Source: Nostoc punctiforme PCC 73102 (lineage in GTDB: Bacteria > Cyanobacteriota > Cyanobacteriia > Cyanobacteriales > Nostocaceae). From it: 32,000 nucleotides of DNA. The DNA is taken from contig NC_010628.1 of assembly GCF_000020025.1 (NCBI RefSeq), positions 6,660,001 to 6,692,000 on the forward strand, in the 5' to 3' direction. The notes beneath the pieces are model-generated. The model made no database searches and was not told where the DNA came from. It worked only from the letters and a program-made list of their open reading frames with translations. Position numbers and translations under genes: made by a program. Below, in pieces: positions 16,855-24,051 of the stretch (positions are counted from its first letter, which is position 1; each line of letters starts with the position of its first letter).

Positions 16855-19323
16855 CTACGCTTGAATGATGAAGTCTGTAGCTGTAAGATTGGGCGCACCG
16901 CTAATAATTGCAAATAGGCCACCACTACCAAAACCAGCTGCGCTGCCATTTTGGTTGTAGAACAACTGCCCACTCACAGCGTCGTAGATAATTTTTGCTG
17001 TAGTAGCCGCCCCTGAAGAAGTGATTTTAAAATCAGTGGCATTACTAAAACCGATTCCTGGAGCAGAAGCGATCGCACTGAAAGTAGTCTTATCCAGAAT
17101 AATTTTATCGCCTTGGGAGTGTTTGAAGTCAGCGATCGCATCTACACCCACAGCAGAACTGGCAAAGTTCGCATTAGTGTTGTACAAAAAACTGTCAGCA
17201 CCCGCACCACCAACAAGGGTATCATTGCCTGCGCCACCAATAAGAGTATCATTACCAGCATCACCTCGTAGCAGGTCGTTGCCACTTTTACCATTGATGG
17301 TATCGTTACCCCCCTGACCATTGATAACATCAGCCGAGTTGTCAAAACCCGTGATGTTATTGTTGAGTTCATTAAGGAAAGTTACCGTGTTCTTGTTGTA
17401 AAGGTTAGTTTGAGTGGAATTAGCATCAAAGACATCAAAGCTGTCGGCAATGTTGGTTTGCTCATCAAATAAGATATTACCAATGGCAGGTCTTGCTTCA
17501 GAAGCGGGCAAGTTATCCAGGTTTTCTAACTGAAAGTTTTGCAGAGTCACTTTGGTATTAGCCACATTTTCAAAGGTGACTTCCAAATTGTTGCCATTTT
17601 GAGTTAGTTGCAGATTTCGGGCAGTTAAACCACTCCCTGTAAATTGCAAGGTGTCAACATTGCCAATCACTGCTGCTGAAGGATTTGAGCCTTTACCAAC
17701 GCCACCAAAATCTGTAATGGTATCATTGCGATCGCCTCGGCGAATTACGAATTTATCTTGACCGCCGTTGCCAGTAAGAGTATCGTTACCACCTTTGCCG
17801 TCGATGATATTGTTGCCAGATGTGCCTAAGAGAGTATCTGCACCAGCAGTTCCTGTGAAGTTAGTGTTGCCGATATTCGTCCCGCCAAACAGCACATAGG
17901 TTTGCCCAGATTGGGAGCCGATAAGCAGGTCGTCGAACCCGTCGCCATTGACATCTCCGGCACCACTGACAGAGATGGCTGAGTTGTTCGGAGTAAAGCC
18001 GTTGATGCTAAAGCCGTTAGAGCCGTTGAGTTCCGAGAGGTTGAGGCTAGAACTAAAGCCTGTACTTTTGCCAAATACCACAAAGTTCTGCTCCGATCTG
18101 AGAATAATCAGGTCGTCAAAGCCGTCGCCATTGACATCTCCGGCACTGCTGACAGAGAATCCTGTGGAATCCGTCTTAATGCCATTGATAGTGAAACCGT
18201 TAGAGCCGTTGAGTTCCGAGAGGTTAAGGCTGGGGCTAAAACCTTTGCTGTTGCCAAACACTACGTAGCTCTGCCCAGAAGCGAAGACGGTACCGTTCTC
18301 GGAACTGAAACTTATTGCCCCGATAATTAGGTCGTCGATGCCATCGCCATTGACATCTCCAGCACTACTGACAGGGGAGCCTGAGAAGTCACCTTCCTTG
18401 ATGCCGTTGATAGTGAAGCCGTTAGCACCGCTGAGGGTAGAGAGGTTAAGGCTGGCGCTAAAGCCTGTGCTGTTGCCGAACACCACGTAGCTCTGCCCAG
18501 AAGAGGAGCCGTTAGGTGAGGCATTGGATGCCCCGATAATCACGTCGTCGATACCGTCGCCATTGATATCTCCGGCACCACTGACAGAGCCACCTGATAT
18601 GTCACCCGCTTCGTTGATGCCGTTGATAGCAAAGCCGTTAGTACCGTTGAGGCTGGAGAGATTGAGGCTGGGGCTAAAGCCTGTGCTTTTGCCAAACACT
18701 ACATAGCTCTGCCCGGAAAAGTTATTAGCATAAGGTGCGCCGATAATCACGTCGTCAAAACCATCATGGTTGATATCTCCTGCACCGCTGACAGAGCTAC
18801 CCGATATATTATTTGCTGCGATGCCATTGATGGCGAAGCCGTTAGTACCGTTGAGGGTGGAGAGGTTGAGGCTGGAGCTAAAGCCTGTGTTCTTGCCAAA
18901 TACCACGTAACTCTGTCCAGATTGGGAGCCGTTGGAGTCAGCACCAGATGCTCCGATGATTAGGTCGTCGATGCCGTCGCCGTTAACATCTCCAGCGCTG
19001 CTGACATTGCCTGAAAAGTCATTCGCCGCGATGCCATTGATAGCGAAGCCATTAGCGCCGTTGAGGTCTGAGAGGTTGAGGCTAGAGCTAAAGCCTGTGC
19101 TGCTGCCAAATACCACGTAGCTTTGCCCAGATTCAGAGCCGTTGGGGTCAGCACCGGGTGCCCCGATAATCAGGTCGTCTAAGCCGTCGCCATTAATATC
19201 TCCCGCATCGCTGACAGAGGAGCCTGATCTGTCAGCCGTTGCAATGCTGTTAATGACGAAGCCATTAGTGCCATTGAGGTCAGCAAGATTGAAGGATGAA
19301 TTAGGCATGATTTTCTCCTGCAT
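16855..19323 (-). CDS. secreted FG-GAP (integrin-alpha-like) beta-propeller protein with C-terminal RTX calcium-binding repeats
   Basis: 822 aa. Seven ~70-aa repeats each carry D.NGDG.DDLIIGA and GQSYVVFG (aa ~10-480). These are followed by GGxGxD nonapeptide runs (GKGGNDTLTGNGGQD; GQGGNDTINGKSGNDLLRGDAGNDTLIGGAGNDTLVGGAGAD) and a T1SS-type C-terminal region. Confidence 0.9.
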   Translation of the reverse strand: MQEKIMPNSSFNLADLNGTNGFVINSIATADRSGSSVSDAGDINGDGLDDLIIGAPGADPNGSESGQSYVVFGSSTGFSSSLNLSDLNGANGFAINGIAANDFSGNVSSAGDVNGDGIDDLIIGASGADSNGSQSGQSYVVFGKNTGFSSSLNLSTLNGTNGFAINGIAANNISGSSVSGAGDINHDGFDDVIIGAPYANNFSGQSYVVFGKSTGFSPSLNLSSLNGTNGFAINGINEAGDISGGSVSGAGDINGDGIDDVIIGASNASPNGSSSGQSYVVFGNSTGFSASLNLSTLSGANGFTINGIKEGDFSGSPVSSAGDVNGDGIDDLIIGAISFSSENGTVFASGQSYVVFGNSKGFSPSLNLSELNGSNGFTINGIKTDSTGFSVSSAGDVNGDGFDDLIILRSEQNFVVFGKSTGFSSSLNLSELNGSNGFSINGFTPNNSAISVSGAGDVNGDGFDDLLIGSQSGQTYVLFGGTNIGNTNFTGTAGADTLLGTSGNNIIDGKGGNDTLTGNGGQDKFVIRRGDRNDTITDFGGVGKGSNPSAAVIGNVDTLQFTGSGLTARNLQLTQNGNNLEVTFENVANTKVTLQNFQLENLDNLPASEARPAIGNILFDEQTNIADSFDVFDANSTQTNLYNKNTVTFLNELNNNITGFDNSADVINGQGGNDTINGKSGNDLLRGDAGNDTLIGGAGNDTLVGGAGADSFLYNTNANFASSAVGVDAIADFKHSQGDKIILDKTTFSAIASAPGIGFSNATDFKITSSGAATTAKIIYDAVSGQLFYNQNGSAAGFGSGGLFAIISGAPNLTATDFIIQA
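17884..19296 (-). repeat. about 210-bp coding tandem repeats (7 FG-GAP blades)
   Basis: GQSYVVFG recurs at aa 66, 136, 204, 276, 350, (413) and 473. Many spurious antisense ORFs in the track come from this periodicity. Confidence 0.8.
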
Positions 19324-19891
19324 TTTTTGTTATTCAGGGAATAACTCATATCTAGCTTCAGGCAACTCTTAGCCTCGTGTAACCGAGACTAAGAGTTGCA
19401 AGACCAGGGTTCAAAACCAGGCAGACTTGCTCTGTATGCATAAACTATGCACCTTTTAGGGTGAAATGAGAATTAGACATACAAATCCCGCCACTAGGTT
19501 TTTACCTGAGTATCCCTAGTTTTTTTCAGTCATCAGAGAAATTTCGATTAGAAAACTTAAAACAGTGGAAACACTTAAATATTCTTACAACCACTCGATA
19601 CTCTATGAGTATAAAATTGTCAACCGTCTAAACTTCAAATTCTTTTACTAAAATTATCAATATTTAAGTTAATTTACTTATTGTTTTTTTACGGTCTTTG
19701 TGAGAGTCTCCTTTACATAACAATTATTACGATAAATCGGTAGAGTTACCGTAGTTTATTAAAAATCAGAAATATGAAAATCTCTATGAAGCTAACATCT
19801 CAGCAGGTACGCTATCAGCAAGATTCTCTGCCGAAGCCAAAAATTGCGTTGGCGCAGCTCACCGTAGGCATCGCTATTGGGAATTAATCTG

Positions 19892-20224
19892 ATGTCTCAG
19901 AGTAAATCTGTAGAACCTGCTTCAGTCCACAGCCGCATTCTCGTACCTCAGAAGTATAACAGGCAACCTGTAATTTCGCGGTTGGTGTCTCGTTATGGTT
20001 TAACCGTCAATATCAAAGCAGCATCACTGGCATCCGATAGTGATAGCGATGGCTGGTTTGATTTGGAACTTTCGGGAAATTCTCAAAAACTGACAAATAG
20101 CCTATCTTACTTGCAAGGATTGGGGGTGAATTTACTCGAATTAGCGATCGCTAACCACATTCAATCTAACCAGCACTCTTTACCTTTTCCAAACCAGATT
20201 ATCACTGGTTTCTTCAGTCTCTAA
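19892..20224 (+). CDS. NIL-domain protein (module 1)
   Basis: From ATG 19892: ...HSRILVPQKYNRQPVISRLVSRYGLTVNIKAASL..DGWFDLELSGNSQKLTNSLSYLQGLGVNLLEL is colinear with the other two NIL modules in the window. The listed TTG 19877 start is less likely. Confidence 0.7.
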   Translation: MSQSKSVEPASVHSRILVPQKYNRQPVISRLVSRYGLTVNIKAASLASDSDSDGWFDLELSGNSQKLTNSLSYLQGLGVNLLELAIANHIQSNQHSLPFPNQIITGFFSL

Positions 20225-20276
20225 CAAAAGCCAAGTCACTCAGATTCGTCTGCTGATATATATTCCCAAATGCTAT

Positions 20277-20495
20277 TTGCAAGCGCCTGTAATTTCACAA
20301 TTAATTTCTGGTTACGGCTTGGTAGTTAATATTACTAAGGCTATGCTACAACCAAATACAGACGAAGAAGGGTGCTTTGATATTGAACTACGGGGGACAG
20401 TGCCACAAATCTCTAACGGTTTGGCTTATCTGGAATCCCTGAATCTTAGAATTGTGGGCAAGCCGAATGCAGACGGCGATAGCTGGTTTTGTTGA
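20277..20495 (+). CDS. NIL-domain protein (module 2); the true 5' end is probably upstream of the listed start
   Basis: The listed TTG start truncates the module. The same frame is open from 20145 and reads TQIRLLIYIPKCYLQAPVISQLISGYGLVVNI from about 20238, homologous to the first strand of the other modules. There is no ATG/GTG in between. Confidence 0.55.
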   Translation: MQAPVISQLISGYGLVVNITKAMLQPNTDEEGCFDIELRGTVPQISNGLAYLESLNLRIVGKPNADGDSWFC

Positions 20496-20510
20496 AATAA
20501 TCTAAATAAT

Positions 20511-21101
20511 TTAAATTTCGTAGTACCAAATATCTTCTTCTCGCACCACAATTCGATGCAGGGAAAGACGAGCAATTAAGCCCTCTTGCTCAAACTGTCC
20601 AAGAACACGAGTGATAGTCACACGAGTTGAACCGAGCATTTCTGCCAAGTCTTCGTGAGTCAGACGCATATCTATTAAACGTCCCTTCTCAACTTCCGAA
20701 CCAAACTTTTTAGATAACCATGCCAATAGCTTGATCAGCATGGTATCAACTTTTTTATGGCTACGAATAACCATCAATTCTTGAGCTTGTTGGATATGGG
20801 CAAGTAGAGTTTCTGTTAGTTGAGTCCACTCCTCTATAGGTAAGACTATCGCCTCTACTTTAGTTAAGCATTCCATTTGGTAAGGTTCTAATTTTGACAA
20901 AGACTTACCAACAATATCTCCAGGGCCCCACAATCCCAGAGCCACGGTTGTACCATCCTCCAAATAGGTAAAAGTCCTGACAAAACCCGTTTCAATCTTC
21001 CAAAGCCCCTTTGGATGCTCTGGCAAAAATGACCTCCGGGCAAAAATTTCTTTAGTATTATTACTGTTTAAGCTAGTTAAATTTGCATATAAAGATACCA
21101 T
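20511..21101 (-). CDS. Crp/Fnr-family transcriptional regulator (candidate CysR-type sulfur regulator)
   Basis: 196 aa with an N-terminal cNMP-binding-like beta-roll and a C-terminal HTH (THEDLAEMLGSTRVTITRVLGQFEQEGLI). The CysR idea rests on location in a sulfate-transport/cysteine cluster, as in Synechococcus PCC 7942. Confidence 0.8.
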   Translation of the reverse strand: MVSLYANLTSLNSNNTKEIFARRSFLPEHPKGLWKIETGFVRTFTYLEDGTTVALGLWGPGDIVGKSLSKLEPYQMECLTKVEAIVLPIEEWTQLTETLLAHIQQAQELMVIRSHKKVDTMLIKLLAWLSKKFGSEVEKGRLIDMRLTHEDLAEMLGSTRVTITRVLGQFEQEGLIARLSLHRIVVREEDIWYYEI

Positions 21102-21174
21102 AATTATATAACTATTCTCCGATAAATTAACCGTAGTATTATATTTATATCAGGTTCTAAGAGCATCTGGGCAT

Positions 21175-21340
21175 TTATAAAAAAGTCGGGGCAAGGGAGC
21201 AGGGGAGGCAGGGGGGCAGGGGGAGCAGGGGAAGCAGGGGAAGCAGGAAGACAAGGAAGACAAGAGGTGAGAACTTGAAACAAGTCTTTCCCCTTGTCCC
21301 CAATGCCCAATTCCTAATTCCCAATGCCCCATGCCCAAAA
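21175..21340 (-). repeat. STRR-like heptamer tract plus long C-rich (G-rich on +) tract, abutting the cysE stop
   Basis: On the - strand: ttttgggcatggggcattgggaattagg... followed by cttcctgcttcccctgcttcccctgctccccctgcccccctgcctcccctgc. The three overlapping ORFs in the track here are low-complexity artefacts. Confidence 0.55.
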
Positions 21341-22069
21341 TTAAATTCCCGCACCATCAAGAAAATCTTCAATCATCCCATCAGACTTATTGCTCTTAGG
21401 GTTGTATGTTTGTTCGTCGCCAAGCTCAGTTGCAGAGAAACTTGATTGATCTTGCAACTCCTCAAACTGTTTTTCTAGAGCCTTGACACGTTCAAATAAA
21501 GCGCGGATGACTTCAGCTTCTACGTCGCGCACTTTATCATGATCCAGAATATTGGTAGACAAGTTGTTCTGACGAGTTACGCGCCCTGGAATCCCGACTA
21601 CAGTTGTGTTACTGGGTACATCTCGTAACACCACAGAACCAGCTCCAATACGGACGCGATCGCCAATTTGAATATTTCCCAATACTTTTGCACCCGCTCC
21701 CACAACCACATGAGAGCCTAAAGTTGGATGGCGTTTGCCGCTTTCTTTCCCAGTCCCGCCAAGGGTGACACCTTGATAAATCAGGGCATAGTCGCCCACG
21801 ATCGCAGTTTCACCAATCACAACTCCCATGCCGTGGTCAATAAACACTCCCTGTCCAATTAATGCCCCAGGATGGATTTCAATCCCAGTTAAAAACCGAC
21901 TAATATGAGAGATAAACCGAGGTATGAAGGGAATCCCAATTTTATACAGCCAGTGTGCTAATCGATGAAACACTAGGGCTTGGAGTCCAGGGTAACAGAA
22001 CAATACTTCTAGCCAGTTACGCGCTGCTGGGTCACGCTCAAAAATGGTTCGCAAATCAGTTAGTAGCAT
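21341..22069 (-). CDS. cysE: serine O-acetyltransferase
   Basis: Hexapeptide-repeat core [74 protein letters not shown] with an N-terminal SATase helix region ([31 protein letters not shown]). ATG 22069 (MLLTDL) is preferred to the listed GTG 22132. Confidence 0.9.
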   Translation of the reverse strand: MLLTDLRTIFERDPAARNWLEVLFCYPGLQALVFHRLAHWLYKIGIPFIPRFISHISRFLTGIEIHPGALIGQGVFIDHGMGVVIGETAIVGDYALIYQGVTLGGTGKESGKRHPTLGSHVVVGAGAKVLGNIQIGDRVRIGAGSVVLRDVPSNTTVVGIPGRVTRQNNLSTNILDHDKVRDVEAEVIRALFERVKALEKQFEELQDQSSFSATELGDEQTYNPKSNKSDGMIEDFLDGAGI

Positions 22070-22293
22070 ACTCTGTTGAGATTTTCGTTGGTAATTGAGG
22101 CTCTGAAAACAGAAACTCAGGATAATTCCCACTAAAAGATCGAGTCATTTATGGGAATTATGTAAGATAATAATCTACGGTAAGTCGATAGAATATAGTG
22201 TTTTTGTGGGTAGTAAGTGGGATGCTATCACATTCCACACGTTGAAAAAATTAATTTCGGATAAACTGCCTAAGTCCCCCAATTCACCGTAGT

Positions 22294-22764
22294 ATGTTGA
22301 GTACAGTCTTGAATAGCCAAAACTACGCTCTCTTGGATCTGTCTTCCAAAGTGGAATATGCACTGCTGGCACTCTTAGAACTGGCAAGCCACCACGGAAA
22401 AAAACTTCCTCTAACCATGAGTGAGATCACTACCAAACAACCTATACCCGAACGCTATTTGGAACAAATTTTGACCAACCTCCGGCGTGCTGGTGTGGTG
22501 CAGAGTCAACGCGGCTCTAAAGGAGGTTTTGTTTTAGCTCGTGAACCTTGGCAGATTACACTCCTGGAAATTGTCACTTTAGTCGAAGGTGAGCGGAAAG
22601 AGAAAGATACATCTAACTCTCCGACTCTAGAAAAGACTCTGGTTTATGAAGTTTGGGAGCAAGCTAACGCTGCTGCAATTGAAGTTTTAGGTCGCTATAC
22701 ACTCCAAGACTTGTGCGAGGAAAGAGAGACTCGCGCACAGCAAAGCCCGATGTATTATATTTAA
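22294..22764 (+). CDS. Rrf2-family transcriptional regulator without Fe-S ligand cysteines (CymR-like)
   Basis: SSKVEYALLALLELA...LPLTMSEITTKQPIPERYLEQILTNLRRAGVVQSQRGSKGGFVLA is the Rrf2 winged-helix signature. There is only one Cys in the whole protein. It ends 18 nt before cysK. Confidence 0.85.
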   Translation: MLSTVLNSQNYALLDLSSKVEYALLALLELASHHGKKLPLTMSEITTKQPIPERYLEQILTNLRRAGVVQSQRGSKGGFVLAREPWQITLLEIVTLVEGERKEKDTSNSPTLEKTLVYEVWEQANAAAIEVLGRYTLQDLCEERETRAQQSPMYYI

Positions 22765-22782
22765 ACACGATGGAGTATTCAC

Positions 22783-23745
22783 ATGCGGATAGCGAAAGAT
22801 ATCACAGAGTTAATCGGACGGACTCCTTTAGTTCAATTAAACAAAATTCCCCAAGCTTCAGGAGCGGTTGCTCGGATTGTGGTGAAGCTAGAAAGCATGA
22901 ATCCGGCATCTTCTGTGAAAGATCGGATTGGCGCGAGTATGGTGGAAATGGCGGAAGAAGCAGGCTTGATTCACCCCGGAAAAACTGTTTTAGTAGAGCC
23001 GACTTCTGGGAATACAGGAATTGCGCTAGCGATGGTGGCGGCCGCTAAGGGGTACCATCTCATTCTAACGATGCCTGACACAATGAGCCACGAAAGACGA
23101 TCGATGCTCAAAGCTTATGGCGCTCAATTAGAGTTAACGCCAGGGGTAGAAGGGATGCGAGGAGCGATCGGTCGTGCAGAGCAGATTTTAGCTCAAACGC
23201 CCAATGCTTATATGTTGCAGCAGTTCCGCAACCCCGCCAACCCGAAAGTTCACGCCGAAACCACAGCAGAAGAAATCTGGAATGATACCGATGGAGAGGT
23301 GGATATTCTAGTGGCGGGAGTGGGTACTGGTGGGACGATTACAGGAGTTGCAGAAGTTATTAAAGGACGGAAGCCAAGTTTTCAAGCGATCGCAGTTGAA
23401 CCAAGCAGCAGTCCGGTATTAACGGGTGGGAAATCAGGGCCTCACAAAATTCAGGGTATCGGCGCGGGATTTGTCCCAGCAATTTACCGTCCAGAATTGG
23501 TGGATGAAGTGATTCAGGTAGCGGATGAGCAAGCGATCGCTTACAGCCGTCGCCTAGCAAAAGAAGAAGGATTGTTATCGGGCATTTCTACTGGCGCTGC
23601 TTTATATGCGGCTATTCAAGTAGCACAACGTCCAGAAAATGCAGGTCGTCTAATCGTCATGATCCAGCCTAGCTTCGGCGAACGCTACCTCAGCACCTCA
23701 CTATTTAAAGATCCAGAAGAGAATGAGTGGTTGAGTAAAGTTTGA
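22783..23745 (+). CDS. cysK: cysteine synthase A (O-acetylserine sulfhydrylase)
   Basis: 320 aa with IGRTPLV..LN, the PLP-lysine motif [24 protein letters not shown] and [10 protein letters not shown]. Confidence 0.93.
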   Translation: MRIAKDITELIGRTPLVQLNKIPQASGAVARIVVKLESMNPASSVKDRIGASMVEMAEEAGLIHPGKTVLVEPTSGNTGIALAMVAAAKGYHLILTMPDTMSHERRSMLKAYGAQLELTPGVEGMRGAIGRAEQILAQTPNAYMLQQFRNPANPKVHAETTAEEIWNDTDGEVDILVAGVGTGGTITGVAEVIKGRKPSFQAIAVEPSSSPVLTGGKSGPHKIQGIGAGFVPAIYRPELVDEVIQVADEQAIAYSRRLAKEEGLLSGISTGAALYAAIQVAQRPENAGRLIVMIQPSFGERYLSTSLFKDPEENEWLSKV

Positions 23746-23790
23746 TTCTGCATAAAAATTTTAAGCAAATATACCAGGCGATTAGAAATC

Positions 23791-23897
23791 GCGGCTACAC
23801 AAACGTACCCCGTTGGGGAACCCGAAGAGTAGGCCGCCTACGCGGACTCGAAGAATTTGAAACCCACGGAGGTGGGTTTTGTTTGTATAGCCGCGTT
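23791..23897. repeat. MITE-like hairpin repeat (terminal IR cgcggctacacaaac / gtttgtatagccgcg)
   Basis: 15-nt terminal inverted repeats with one mismatch and nested hairpins (ccccgttgggg; aacccacggaggtgggtt). A related fragment aaatcgcggaactatacaaac lies at 6147-6167. Confidence 0.5.
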
Positions 23898-24051
23898 CGC
23901 CCTTGGCGTGCCGGAGGCTCTATTCCATTCGCCAGAGCAGACTTCGCGAACAGCCCTTAAAATAGGGCTACAGCCCTCACTACAAACCTTTTATTATTCA
24001 CGTCCACTTACTTAGAATTTTTGCCAATTTCATCTACACGTTCATTATTTT

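Noticed and set aside
17021-19372. About a dozen 60-106-aa ORFs on both strands inside 16855..19323
   Set aside because: They are by-products of the ~210-bp tandem periodicity and biased composition of the FG-GAP/RTX gene. Their sequences are repetitive Pro/Leu/Ser strings. The repeats are not CRISPR-like: they have no unique spacers and are in-frame coding.
19361-19420. Hairpin gcaactctta...taagagttgc followed by agggttcaaaacc (T-loop-like)
   Set aside because: The flanking ccagg/ccagg are direct repeats and not complementary, so there is no cloverleaf. It is probably just a 5'-leader hairpin of the FG-GAP/RTX gene.
21104-21372. Three overlapping minus-strand ORFs (Pro/Leu/Cys-rich)
   Set aside because: They are translations of the STRR-like and G/C-run repeat tract between cysE and the Crp-family gene and show no coding signal.
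22713-23048. 111-aa ORF overlapping the rrf2 end and the cysK start
   Set aside because: It is out of frame with two well-supported genes.
23742-23960. 72-aa ORF downstream of cysK
   Set aside because: It spans the MITE-like hairpin repeat. Its Arg/Gly-rich sequence is typical of translated repeat DNA.
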